Origin: Eledone cirrhosa
Taxonomy: Eukaryota
Assembly (NCBI GenBank): GCA_964016885.1
Contig: OZ024743.1
Span: forward strand, 215,884,001 to 215,948,000
Direction of reading: 5' to 3'
Length of the DNA stretch: 64,000 nucleotides
Positions 41,272-56,349 of the stretch are shown in pieces (position 1 is the first letter of the stretch; each line of letters opens with the position of its first letter). The notes under the pieces are model-generated. The model was not told the DNA's origin. It saw nothing but the letters and a program-made list of their open reading frames with translations, and ran no database searches. The position numbers and the translations under genes were made by a program.

Positions 41272-41314
41272 TATATATATACATATATATATATATATAA
41301 ACATATATATACAC

Positions 41315-41349
<35 letters not shown>

Positions 41350-41364
41350 AACATATATATACAC

Positions 41365-41397
<33 letters not shown>

Positions 41398-41410
41398 CAT
41401 ATATATGCAC

Positions 41411-41443
<33 letters not shown>

Positions 41444-41485
41444 CATATATATACACATATATATATACATATATATGTATATATG

Positions 41486-41518
<33 letters not shown>

Positions 41519-41529
41519 GTATATATATG

Positions 41530-41564
<35 letters not shown>

Positions 41565-41641
41565 GTATATATATGTATATTTATATATGTATATATATAT
41601 ATGTATATATATGTATATATATATATGTATATATATATATG

Positions 41642-41722
<81 letters not shown>

Positions 41723-41733
41723 GTATATATATG

Positions 41734-41768
<35 letters not shown>

Positions 41769-41892
41769 GTATATATGTATATATATATGTGTATATATAT
41801 GTATATATATGTATGTATATATGTATATATATATATACATATATATATATACATATATATACACATATATATATACATATATAGATATATAT

Positions 41893-41925
<33 letters not shown>

Positions 41926-41968
41926 TATATATATACATATATATATATATATAAACATATATATACAC

Positions 41969-42001
<33 letters not shown>

Positions 42002-42016
42002 AACATATATATACAC

Positions 42017-42049
<33 letters not shown>

Positions 42050-42062
42050 CATATATATGCAC

Positions 42063-42097
<35 letters not shown>

Positions 42098-42139
42098 CAT
42101 ATATATACACATATATATATACATATATATGTATATATG

Positions 42140-42172
<33 letters not shown>

Positions 42173-42195
42173 GTATATATATATGTATATATATG

Positions 42196-42232
<37 letters not shown>

Positions 42233-42257
42233 GTATATATATGTATATATATATTAT

Positions 42258-42866
42258 GTCAGGTCACCAGTTGGTGCTACTGGTAACATGTATCCCAGTA
42301 CAACCTGTCCCATGGTCGGGTCGTTGGCGACTAAACTGGCAACCCCACCAAGGTTTCTTGGTGAGGAGGGTGACTTTGGACATCCTGCAGGACTAAAAAC
42401 AAAACCTGTCAAAGGGCAAAGGAGCTCTTAAGAGTCAATGGCCATCCAAAATCACCGGGAGAGATGACCCCTTAGCCTTTGTCAAGGCAGAATTCTAGGA
42501 GAAGGAAAACTCTGATATAACACCTGCAACCCTGATGGTATCCAATGATGTTGACTTGTTCTTCTTTTTGGTAAATATCATCTTAGTTAAGAGAGTGGGA
42601 CTGGCTTTGTGCAGTGCCTTTGCTCACTATAAAAGCTTCACGGCACAGGCATTGCTTTATATCTGGAGATCTCTCTGCACTTGTCGTCACATGGTACCAT
42701 GTGCCCAGCACTATGTGTCAGTAATTGTCACAAGTGTAGTGTTTGTACCAGAGTTTTCAAGTCGCTGGCTGGACTAAAAAGTCACACTCGTTCAGCGCAT
42801 CGGTAGGGGTTCTCCTACATGGATATAAAGTAGTGGCCGTACTCGAAAACGAGTTGGCAGCCACCA
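42258..42866 (+). mobile_element. Short non-autonomous RTE-derived element (5' UTR-like part + 3' C2H2 remnant)
   Basis: 42735-42800 encodes [22 protein letters not shown], like the terminal Zn-finger of RTE ORFs. The 5' part is GC-richer and structured. No RT. Confidence 0.6.
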
Positions 42867-42962
42867 TATGTATATATATATGTATATATATGTATATTTA
42901 TATATGTATATATATATATATATGTATATATATGTATATATATATATGTATATATATATATG

Positions 42963-43043
<81 letters not shown>

Positions 43044-43054
43044 GTATATATATG

Positions 43055-43191
<137 letters not shown>

Positions 43192-43236
43192 GTATATATA
43201 TATATGTATATATATATATATGTATATATATATATG

Positions 43237-43290
<54 letters not shown>

Positions 43291-43343
43291 TATATACATA
43301 TATATATACATATATATATACATATATATATATATATACATAC

Positions 43344-43376
<33 letters not shown>

Positions 43377-43433
43377 CATATATATATACATATATATACA
43401 TATGTATATATATGTATATATATGTATATATAT

Positions 43434-43505
<72 letters not shown>

Positions 43506-43518
43506 GTATATATATATG

Positions 43519-43597
<79 letters not shown>

Positions 43598-43610
43598 GTA
43601 TATATATATG

Positions 43611-43843
<233 letters not shown>

Positions 43844-43868
43844 GTATATATATATGTATATATATATG

Positions 43869-43903
<35 letters not shown>

Positions 43904-43922
43904 GTATATATATATGTATATA

Positions 43923-43989
<67 letters not shown>

Positions 43990-44016
43990 GTATATATATA
44001 TATGTATATATATAGG

Positions 44017-44067
<51 letters not shown>

Positions 44068-44068
44068 G

Positions 44069-44101
<33 letters not shown>

Positions 44102-44102
44102 G

Positions 44103-44133
<31 letters not shown>

Positions 44134-44178
44134 GTATATATATATATATGTATATATGTATATATATATATATGTATA

Positions 44179-44265
<87 letters not shown>

Positions 44266-44334
44266 GTATATATATGTATATGTATATATATGTATATATG
44301 TATATATATATGTATGTATATATATATATATATA

Positions 44335-45027
44335 CTATATCATATTTTGAGAATAAACTCTCAGTCGTTTACTATAATCCAGCTCCAAGAAAAGGGGCAT
44401 TTCCGAGCAGTTAAATACATTAAAATATATGATAAACACAAAACGTGTTTGCATTGTAACAGTCAAAGCTAGCTATTAATGAAATAAACTAATTAAAGTG
44501 AATACAATTTGTATGTCTCGATATAAGTCAATAAAGACAAGCTTATATTGGCGATGGCCATGGTTCCTGGACATATTAAAATTTCAAAATCCAAACCTGT
44601 TCCGTAGATGAATTTGAACCTCGAAACCCAAATACGTTTCGCAAAGGTGGTACGTGAATTTAAAAATAAAGAGAATCGAAATAGAAATGAAATAAAAATG
44701 AAATATCCAAATCTTCTGTGCTTATCAACAGGAACCCAGTAAAAATTAGTACATTTCACATCAACAATTAAGCAGGTCTGACTACACGTGTGCAGCCAGG
44801 CCAAATTAGCCGTCCCGCATTCCGGTGCTAGAAATAACAGCCGTTTATGCGGGATTAAAGATCAGCTCTAAAGTTAAGGAGCAATATACTATATTGCCAA
44901 TATAAGCTTGTCTTTATTGACTTATATCGAGACAGACAAATTGTATTCACTTTAATTAGTTAATTTCATTAATAGCAAACTTTGTCTGTTACGATGCAAA
45001 CACGTTTTGTGTTTATCATATATTTTT
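44335..45027 (-). repeat. Second copy of the 40296-40989 element
   Basis: Near-identical sequence. Confidence 0.9.
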
Positions 45028-45060
45028 ATATATATATATATATATATGTGTATATATATG

Positions 45061-45091
<31 letters not shown>

Positions 45092-45321
45092 GTATATATA
45101 TATATACATATGTATATATATATATGTATATATGTATATATATATATGTATATATGTATATATATATGTGTATATATATGTATATATATGTATGTATATA
45201 TGTATATATATATATACATATATATATATACATATATATACACATATATATATACATATATAGATATATATATACATATATACATATATATATACATATA
45301 TACATATATATATACATATAC

Positions 45322-45390
<69 letters not shown>

Positions 45391-45405
45391 AACATATATA
45401 TACAC

Positions 45406-45438
<33 letters not shown>

Positions 45439-45453
45439 AACATATATATACAC

Positions 45454-45486
<33 letters not shown>

Positions 45487-45499
45487 CATATATATGCAC

Positions 45500-45530
<31 letters not shown>

Positions 45531-45572
45531 CATATATATACACATATATATATACATATATATGTATATATG

Positions 45573-45605
<33 letters not shown>

Positions 45606-45686
45606 GTATATATATGTATATTTATATATGTATATATATATATATATGTATATATATGTATATATATATATGTATATATATATATG

Positions 45687-45733
<47 letters not shown>

Positions 45734-45788
45734 GTATATATATACATATATGTATATATATGTATATATATATATATATATATGTATA

Positions 45789-46680
45789 TAAAATATTAAA
45801 CAAATAATGAATAAACAATTTCTTATATTAAACAAAAAAAGTTCATTATTTAACGATCGTTTCTAGGATATATATGTGTTAGAATTGGTATGCATATTCA
45901 ACAGATCTATGTACAAAATTATACAAAATTATACAAATTATCAAGATTAAATATACATACCAAACACATATATACGCCGTCTTCAGAAATAATGAAGTAT
46001 ATTTATTGATAATAACAACAATTCAAAATTTCAGGTCCGTTTGGGAACAAAAATTGACCAATGAAAACACAAAGGGTTAAATGCAGTTCGGTGTGTGTAT
46101 ATACATGTAAAACCCTTACACATATTTTACAAAAATGTATGTATAAATTGTATACGCATACTAAAAGGATGGATGCGAACACAAAATTTCAAGGTTAATG
46201 TCTCTGTGAGTTATTGACACTTATGAAGTTAAGTATATAAATATATTTTTTCATACTCACATATATCCGTACAATCACACATACACGCGCGTATATGCAT
46301 AAATATACATATAACCACGAACATACAAACACACACACACCCCCACTCACATTTATATATGTGGATATAAAATCATAAGCACATGGATATTAATTCACTC
46401 ACATAAAACACTGGCATACACATTTTCAGATCAAGATACAGAAATTAGGTGGGAGGGGGGGGGGGAGGGGTCAGTATTCAACGGTCTGAACAGACTGCCT
46501 AATATAAATGTATCTATAAACTAAGAAAAATAAAACAAATAAAACATAATAAATAAAACATTAAGGAGGAAAGAATAGAAAGAAGAACAGAAAAAAGAAA
46601 AAAGAAAAAAGAAAAAAGAAAAAAGAAAAAAGAAAAAAGAAATATATCAAGAAAATAAATATACACGCATACACATACAT

Positions 46681-46711
<31 letters not shown>

Positions 46712-47286
46712 AATACACACACACATATAAATATATATAAAAAAACATACACATATATATACACATAGACACTTACACATCCATACATAAATATACACAC
46801 ATATATAAATACATACATACATATAACCACATCCACACTAAGAACATACATACACACACATATATAAACATATACATATACACACATACATACATATACA
46901 CATATACATACAAATACACATACACATATATATACACACATATATATATATATATATATACACATATATATACATACATATGCACATACACGTACATATA
47001 CACACACATATACATATAATCACACATACTATACAGACACAGATATATATAACCACACACATACATGCAAATATACAACACTTACATACTAATATACATA
47101 CAGATATACACATACATAGCTATATATACACACAAATATATACAGATTTACATATATACATACAGACAAATACTTACGCATCTATATATCGGTATATCCA
47201 TACTAACACCAACTACACTATCACACAACATAGAAATACAAAGAGAAAGGTATATACCTATACACACATACATATACAAATAGAAA

Positions 47287-47338
<52 letters not shown>

Positions 47339-47851
47339 TATTTCTATGTTGTGTGATAGTGTAGTTGGTGTTAGTATGGATATACCGATATATAGATGCG
47401 TAAGTATTTGTCTGTATGTATATATGTAAATCTGTATATATTTGTGTGTATATATAGCTATGTATGTGTATATCTGTATGTATATTAGTATGTAAGTGTT
47501 GTATATTTGCATGTATGTGTGTGGTTATATATATCTGTGTCTGTATAGTATGTGTGATTATATGTATATGTGTGTGTATATGTACGTGTATGTGCATATG
47601 TATGTATATATATGTGTATATATATATATATATATATGTGTGTATATATATGTGTATGTGTATTTGTATGTATATGTGTATATGTATGTATGTGTGTATA
47701 TGTATATGTTTATATATGTGTGTGTATGTATGTTCTTAGTGTGGATGTGGTTATATGTATGTATGTATTTATATATGTGTGTATATTTATGTATGGATGT
47801 GTAAGTGTCTATGTGTATATATATGTGTATGTTTTTTTATATATATTTATA

Positions 47852-47900
<49 letters not shown>

Positions 47901-48921
47901 ATGTATGTGTATGCGTGTATATTTATTTTCTTGATATATTTCTTTTTTCTTTTTTCTTTTTTCTTTTTTCTTTTTTCTTTTTTCTGTTCTTCTTTCTATT
48001 CTTTCCTCCTTAATGTTTTATTTATTATGTTTTATTTGTTTTATTTTTCTTAGTTTATAGATACATTTATATTAGGCAGTCTGTTCAGACCGTTGAATAC
48101 TGACCCCTCCCCCCCCCCCTCCCACCTAATTTCTGTATCTTGATCTGAAAATGTGTATGCCAGTGTTTTATGTGAGTGAATTAATATCCATGTGCTTATG
48201 ATTTTATATCCACATATATAAATGTGAGTGGGGGTGTGTGTGTGTTTGTATGTTCGTGGTTATATGTATATTTATGCATATACGCGCGTGTATGTGTGAT
48301 TGTACGGATATATGTGAGTATGAAAAAATATATTTATATACTTAACTTCATAAGTGTCAATAACTCACAGAGACATTAACCTTGAAATTTTGTGTTCGCA
48401 TCCATCCTTTTAGTATGCGTATACAATTTATACATACATTTTTGTAAAATATGTGTAAGGGTTTTACATGTATATACACACACCGAACTGCATTTAACCC
48501 TTTGTGTTTTCATTGGTCAATTTTTGTTCCCAAACGGACCTGAAATTTTGAATTGTTGTTATTATCAATAAATATACTTCATTATTTCTGAAGACGGCGT
48601 ATATATGTGTTTGGTATGTATATTTAATCTTGATAATTTGTATAATTTTGTATAATTTTGTACATAGATCTGTTGAATATGCATACCAATTCTAACACAT
48701 ATATATCCTAGAAACGATCGTTAAATAATGAACTTTTTTTGTTTAATATAAGAAATTGTTTATTCATTATTTGTTTAATATTTTATCTTGTACTCTGTAT
48801 ACCGTTTATCTTTCACCGAAAGTGGTTTTTCATTACATCTCTTCTTTCCATGATATCCGGAATACATTGAGTTCTTCATACGGATTGGACACTACCGTAA
48901 ACTCTTGGTAGATTTATCTAC
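45789..48921 (+). mobile_element. ~3 kb palindrome of the family D PLE 3' region (arms 45789-47238/47339-48784) plus tail
   Basis: The arms are near-identical reverse complements with a ~100 bp spacer. HHRs at 45842-45996 (-) and 48578-48732 (+). Confidence 0.9.
48578..48732 (+). ncRNA. Type I hammerhead, family D, with 116-nt stem II
   Basis: TTCATTATTT-CTGAAGA-[116 nt hairpin]-GAAA-CGATCG-TT-AAATAATGAA, giving a 10 bp stem I. Confidence 0.85.
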
Positions 48922-48930
48922 ATATATATG

Positions 48931-49093
<163 letters not shown>

Positions 49094-49136
49094 GTATATA
49101 TATATATGTATATATATATATGTATATATATATATG

Positions 49137-49217
<81 letters not shown>

Positions 49218-49220
<3 letters not shown>

Positions 49221-49550
49221 AAATGGCGTAGGACAGAAGAAAGGAAAGGCACAGAAACAAAGAAAGGAATCCCCAGTCACTGAAGAGGTCACAAAATGTG
49301 TGACGAAAGGACTATGACTATATATAAACAACTATCTGGTTGTGGAACCAACCAACCAACCAGAAATTTATAAGTTTGTAGATTTATAAGTTTGTAGATT
49401 TATAAATTTATAAATATATAATAAATTGAAGTGAAACAACTGGTGCGTGCGTTTCTTATTGGCAACATGAACCTCCCAAGGTATAACAATATCGCTTTCA
49501 ACACACGATTTCAGATAAAGAATCTTGCTAAACAAATTCAGAAACGATAT
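49218..49550 (+). mobile_element. Solo pLTR of the 58.4-64 kb PLE with intact family F HHR (49275-49319)
   Basis: Matches 60670-60993. AGTCA-CTGAAGA-g gtcac..gtgac-GAAA-ggac-TA-TGACT. Confidence 0.85.
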
Positions 49551-49586
49551 ATGTATATATATATATCTATCTATATATATATATAT

Positions 49587-52500
49587 ACTCTTTTACTCTT
49601 TTACCTGTTTCAGCCATCCGGCTGAGGCCATGCTGGGGCACCGCCTTTGTTGCTACACATTTTATCTCCAGCCTGTATAGGTTGGCCACTGGTGTAAGAG
49701 GGAGTTTGTTGCTGCTGCCCTTAGGTTTCCCTCGTGTCTTGCTGTGGGCTCATCCGGGATCCTGGATAACAAGGTGTCGAGATGTTTCTTAAAGACGTCC
49801 ACCTCCACGTCATGCAAGTCTCTCAGATGCCTCGGCAGCCTGTTGAATAGTTGAGGGACCTTGAATCCCAGGCTATTGCAATACCTGCTCCTTATTCTAG
49901 ATGTGGAAGACCGGACCTTTGACACCACACAGTGACGTCCTGTTCGACGGTTGGTCCAGCTCCCAATGCCAAAGTTTCGTGCTAGTCCCTCCAGGATTTT
50001 CCACATGTTGATCACTGCGTATCTCTCCCGTCTTCGCTCCAAGGAGTAGAGGTTCAGTTCCTTTAGCCTCTATCAGTAGCTTGTCTCCCTCATCTTGGCA
50101 ATCCTCTTGGTGTAGCTTCGCTGGATTGCCTCAAGCTCCGTGGTTAGTTTGACACTATGGGGTGACCACAGCTAGGAGTAGTAGTCCAGGCGGCTTAGGA
50201 CAAAAGTCCTCCACAGTGTCCACATGGTGTCTCAATCTGTTGTCCGGAAAGTCCTCAAGATCCAGCCAGCGAGTCGTCTGCACGTTGTCGCCACTTTCAT
50301 GATGTGTGAAGAAAAAGATGCATCATCGCTCATGTCTATACCCAGGTCTCGTATCGATTTTGACACGGGGATATCGGTCCCTCCTGGTCCTGTGTAGCTG
50401 TGTTCCACTATATTTGTGTTTGCAGGTTTGTATTGTAGGGCTTGGAATTTGCCAGCATTAAACTGCATGTTGTTTTCTTCCGCCCATCTGTATATGGCAT
50501 CCAGATCCTGCTGTAAAAGGGCAGCGTCAGCCGGGTTTTTGATTGCCTGTCCTACCTTAGTGTCATCAGCATCGCTAGTGAGGGATGTTGTTGCATGGAC
50601 CACAGAGGGCATGTCCGAGAGAGCCACCAAAAACAGTAGTGTTCCCAGGACTGTCCCCTGGGGCACCCCACTTGTTATCGGTGTTTCCCTCGAGAGGGCC
50701 CCATTTGCTGCGACTGCCTGGCTTCTGTCCCTTAGGAAGCCATGCAGCCACTCACCTACTTTTCCAGTTATGCCGAGTCCGTGTAGTTTGTGACATATCA
50801 TTCCGTGGTCGACCTTGTCAAAGGCCTTCGCAAAGTCAAGATATATCACGTCCACATGTGAGCTGTCTAGTAGTTGTCTCAGTACCCAGTCGTAGTGATG
50901 TAGCAGCTGTGTAAGGCAGCTTCTTCCTGGGCGGAAGCCATGTTGCGTGCTAGTCAGGCGGTCATTTTCTTCGAGGAAAGTGATTAGTTTCTTTCTGACA
51001 ACTCGCTCCATGACCTTACTGATATGCGATATTAGGGAGACTGGCCTATAGTTCTTGTCCTCCGCTCTACTACCTCGTTTATGGATAGGGCATATTGTGC
51101 CTTCTTTCAGCTCCCTGGGTAGTACACCGCTAGCCAAGGAGCTTCTGAAGAGCATCTTCAGTGGAGTTGCTAAGGCCCGCTTACATATTTTTAAGAGAAC
51201 TGCAGGGAATCCATCAGGACCAGCAGCCGAGTCTGTTCTAATTTCATCAATGGCGTACACCACATCCTCCTCCGTTATGTCTATGTGTTTGATGGTTGCC
51301 ATTTCTTGATGTAGTGTTGTGGTATCAAAGAACTCCTCTGGCTTCGTTATTTGCATGTGCCTCAGTGGACATGTGAAGACACTTTTGTACGGTTCGTTCA
51401 GTATTTCACATATCTCTTGGGGATTTTCGGTTAATGAACCGTCCGTGTGGAAGAGTGGCCCAATCTTGCAGTGTACTGAGGCAGTTTCTTTTGCAAATTT
51501 AAAGAAGGCCTTAGGGTTTGTTTTAATGTTTTCTATGGCCCTGTTCTCTTTCTTTGCCCTCTCAGTCTCATGTGAAAGTTTGAGTGCAATCTCGTTGTCA
51601 AGTAGTGCACGTTTCAAATAGGATTCCTTCTTGTTTTTGTTTTGTTGACTATTCAACTGGTTTGAGAGTTTAGTTCTACGTCTCATAAGGATTTTCCTAT
51701 CTCTGGGAATAAGATTTTTGTGTCTGTTTGCCTCTTTCTCCTGGACACACTTTTTGCATATGGAGTGTATCGTTGTCATGAAGTGTTAAAATTGTGTGTT
51801 AGTGTCTTGTGTCGCGGTGTTTTCACTCCATGTTTGCTTCCGGATTTCACTCTTAATCTTTTTCCAGTTAGCCTTGTAGCATTTAAGGTTGGATAGCGTC
51901 CCGGAGCTTCTTGGTGGTTTTGTCTCTGTTGGTTCTCCTGGACCACATATCATTATCTCTACTAAGTTATGATCCGAGAGAATTGTTGGTGTCACCTTTA
52001 AATTGTGGATGAGCACTTCGTTGTTTGTAAAACAGAGGTCCAGGACATTTTCGCATCTTGTTGGGAGGTGTATTGCTTGCTCCATGAACAGCCTGTGTGT
52101 GAGGGCCAGCAGGGATTCCGTCTGTCTCTGTTCTATTGACGTCATTCCAGGGAGGAGGTGGTCCTCAGGCCATTTGATCTTTGGTAGTTTGAAGTCTCCC
52201 AGCAGTAGGATGTTGAGACCCTGGTCCAGTTTGTCAAGGACCTCTTCTATCCTACTTAGGCTATCCTCAAATTTACCCTCATGACTGGGGGCTTCGGGCG
52301 GCCGATATGAGACACATATTACTGTCTGTAGTTGCTTCATATGTATTATCAGTGTGTCACAGACTGAGTTTGAATGTGTCAACAGTACAATTGGTGTGAC
52401 ATCTTCACGGATATACAGAGCAACCCCACCATGAGTTCTCTCCTTCCTGTCCGAACGAAATACAGTATATTTCGGTATATGTATTTCTGCATCTGCTATA

Positions 52501-53850
52501 CTGCTTGTCAGGTGCGTTTCGTTTAGTGCCATGCATAGTGCTTGATTGCTTATGGCTAAGTCTCCCAGGTAGGAAATTTTACTCATGTTACTGAGTTTCA
52601 CAAGGCCCCTGACAACCAGCAGCAGCACTGGTGTGACTTTTGGGGTGCCAGTAATGGCTGTCGGTATGACACCTGGTCTGGTGTCAGCAGCGGCCACTCT
52701 GGGACCCTCAACTGCGGTGGTCTCGAGTGCTGGTGTGGATGAACCTGGCTCTGGAGACGATGCAGCCAGGTCAGCTGTCCCACAATCTTCTCTGCCATCA
52801 CTGACAAATTTTTCTGATCTGCTGCTGCCATCTGTATCTCGTCGGCATGTGCGTGCATTCTCCTTGTTGGTGCGGCACGCGCGACATCAGCATACTTCTG
52901 GAGCGGCTTATTTCGGCTTTGGCTGGGGCATGTTGCGCGAGTATGATGGGCATAGTTCGTTTGAGACCTAGGGTGGGCGAATCTGCATCCCATCCCTGTC
53001 TCTCCATGCCAGCATGTCCCGTTCTTGAAAAACTTGCACATTACTTGGGGTTCTTTGCTCCCAGTGTCTCGGTGCTTTCTGTTATTCCTTTGAACAGTTG
53101 TCCACTGGTCCCTCTGCGCTTGGTTCTCCTTCGGAAGGTGATTTTGCTTTTCACCTTTTCCCTTAGCTTGTTGGTTACCCGGTCTGCCCTCCCTGCCTGT
53201 GGCGGAGGGTATATCATTTTCTTTCAGGTCCGTGCTTGTGCTCTCCTCCTTTTCTTTTTCCTCCTCCTTTCCCCTCTCCTTCTCCTCGTCCCTCTCTTCG
53301 GTTTTCTCCTCCCTGAGGACACGGCTTAGCATCGCCATATGTGGCGCTATGAGGACATACGCCTTCTCAATGTCTTTTCTCTCTGTGCCAGGGTCCTCAG
53401 AAACCCATGGCTCTTCAGGTTCTCCGCCATCTTTTTGCTTGGTGGAGACCCATCAGCCATGGTCCACCCCTTGATCAAAACCGCTAGTTCCATCTTTGAC
53501 CAGTTTCGTTGACTCCTAGTTTCACATTTTTCCTGCATGCAGTCCATTTCGCTGTGGAGGGGAGAAAGAGAGACAGTGGGAAGTGTAGGGTAGATGTTAG
53601 AGAGGGACAGAGGGAGGGAGATAGAAATGTAACACCAGTGAGATAAATATAACTCCAGCGAGAAAAAGAAAGAGAAACAGAAGAAAAGAAAAGAAAAGGG
53701 GGAGAGACAGAAGAGGGGAGCGAGAGAGATAGCGGGAAGAGTGGGGGGAAGGTCAGAGGGAGAGAGAGGATATATATATATAGAGAGAGGGAGAGAGAGA
53801 GAGAGAGGAAGGAAGGAGAGAGATAGAGACAGCGTGAGCAATAGCAGTTC
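49587..53850 (-). mobile_element. Near full-length CR1-type LINE: ORF1 (CCCH finger), APE endonuclease, RT; disrupted by stops/frameshifts
   Basis: ORF1 has CKFFKNGTCWHGETGMGCRFAHP. The endonuclease has ALNETHL, YRPP, LLGDF, LDLCFTN and SDHN. The RT has [30 protein letters not shown] and DADD. The 3' tail is (GTAAAAGA)n. Confidence 0.93.
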
Positions 53851-54416
53851 ATAAATATAAAATAAATTTTAAATTAAATTAATGAATGGAAGAAACCGCA
53901 ATCATAGAGATATAGAAACACGATGTAAGTTGTATATAAGTTGAATCTAAATGTTTGTTTACAAATATACGAAGTTATTGTAATATCAACATATCAAACA
54001 AGAAACAACAAAACCGAGACAAAAACAGATGAGGTTATACCAAATTAAACAAGATTATATTAAATTAAATTATGTTACTCAGAAAAATCAAAATAATACA
54101 AGATCTGTTTAAGTTAAACTAAAATTAGATTACGTATGCTCTGTATGGTAGTCAAGAAAAATATAAAGCACGTGTGTGTGTTGTCTCCTATGAAGGTATC
54201 ACACAGTGAAAATAAACATGTTTAAAACGGTAATATATGTAAAATATACTTCAAAATAATTGCGTCAAAGCACAAAAACATATCTTTTTTGTATGTTTTC
54301 CTTGTCCTCTGAAAAAATTAAAACCATACATAAATCCGATTACTGTCGATTTAAAATATTGAAATTTAAAATCTGGAGAGACGACAATTTACGTCTTATA
54401 CAAACAAGTTGCCAAG

Positions 54417-54469
<53 letters not shown>

Positions 54470-54474
54470 GTGTG

Positions 54475-54505
<31 letters not shown>

Positions 54506-54506
54506 G

Positions 54507-54653
<147 letters not shown>

Positions 54654-54666
54654 GTATATGTATATA

Positions 54667-54715
<49 letters not shown>

Positions 54716-54754
54716 GCATATATATGTATATATATATAAATATATATATGTGTG

Positions 54755-54801
<47 letters not shown>

Positions 54802-54844
54802 GCATATATATGTATATATATATAAATATATATATGTGTGTATT

Positions 54845-54875
<31 letters not shown>

Positions 54876-54889
54876 GTATATATATATGT

Positions 54890-55810
54890 ATGAAATTTCA
54901 ATTATCAATAATGTAGTGATAATATATCGTTACGTTAGAGATGAACAGCGTACGTGTAGGTTTGCTAAACGAGTATAAATTATATTCCGGAGAAAATGTA
55001 GAAAAGATGAATATAAAATGAAAGTGCTTTTTTTAAAAAGGAGTTTATTCGGTATTGACATATGTTTCTGCAACAGACGGAATACCTATGTATCGCTGCT
55101 TGCGTAATCATATAATGTTAGCAAGTATTCGATAGCAAATGTATAATCAGTTGTCACTTCTTCAGAGATTTTGGATAAATTGGGTAAAATCATAAAAATT
55201 GAAGTACTTATATTAGTAATAGAGGAAGTAGAGAGGGGATAGTATATGACAGATGGTAATTCAATTTACTGCTAAACAAGTATATAAAGGGTTTCTAATG
55301 AGAATAACATGAGTAAATGGTTCATTTTATCTAAATAAGAATTTTTGGGAGTGCCAATTTTAATCTCGACTTGACCAATTGGACAGTGGACAGGGCTGGT
55401 CATTTGGTGTAGTAGTATTAATTATAAAGTATCAATTGGGGAAGGGGGAGATTTCGATTGCTACTGAATAACATCAATGCTAGTAGCCAGCTGGTATGTG
55501 CATTAGGGAATTGAATTAAGAAATCATAAGTCTCATTTTATCTATAGCAGTTTATATTAAATGGTAAATAATAGAAGAGTTGATAGAATTAAGACTAATA
55601 GAAAATGTTAATATCTATTTTGACAACCAAACGGGGATAGAGACGGGCGTTCAATTCTGGTGGTATTTATAATATGAAAATGTAGATTTTAAGCGATGGT
55701 TACAGTATAACGATCGCTCTATTCTTTTATTTAATAAAATGTTTTTGGATTTCATAATACAAATTAATTTCATAATACAAATTTCATAATACAAAATAAT
55801 TCTACATTAC
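54890..55810 (-). mobile_element. Probable PLE 3' region/pLTR with family G HHR-like motif (55052-55117)
   Basis: Reverse complement reads ATGATTA-c gcaagcag...ctgttgc a-GAAA-CATATG-TC. Flanked by (AT)n. Confidence 0.55.
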
Positions 55811-55822
55811 ATAATATATATA

Positions 55823-55877
<55 letters not shown>

Positions 55878-55896
55878 GTATATATATATATGTATA

Positions 55897-55999
<103 letters not shown>

Positions 56000-56000
56000 G

Positions 56001-56031
<31 letters not shown>

Positions 56032-56032
56032 G

Positions 56033-56065
<33 letters not shown>

Positions 56066-56090
56066 GTATATATATATGTATATATATATG

Positions 56091-56123
<33 letters not shown>

Positions 56124-56164
56124 GTATATATATATGTATATATATATATATGTATATATATATG

Positions 56165-56263
<99 letters not shown>

Positions 56264-56299
56264 GTATATATATATATGTGTATATATGTATATATATAT

Positions 56300-56341
<42 letters not shown>

Positions 56342-56349
56342 GTATATAT

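Noticed and set aside
46447-46470. G-tract as a functional G-quadruplex
   Set aside because: It is a simple homopolymer inside a repeat with no further support.
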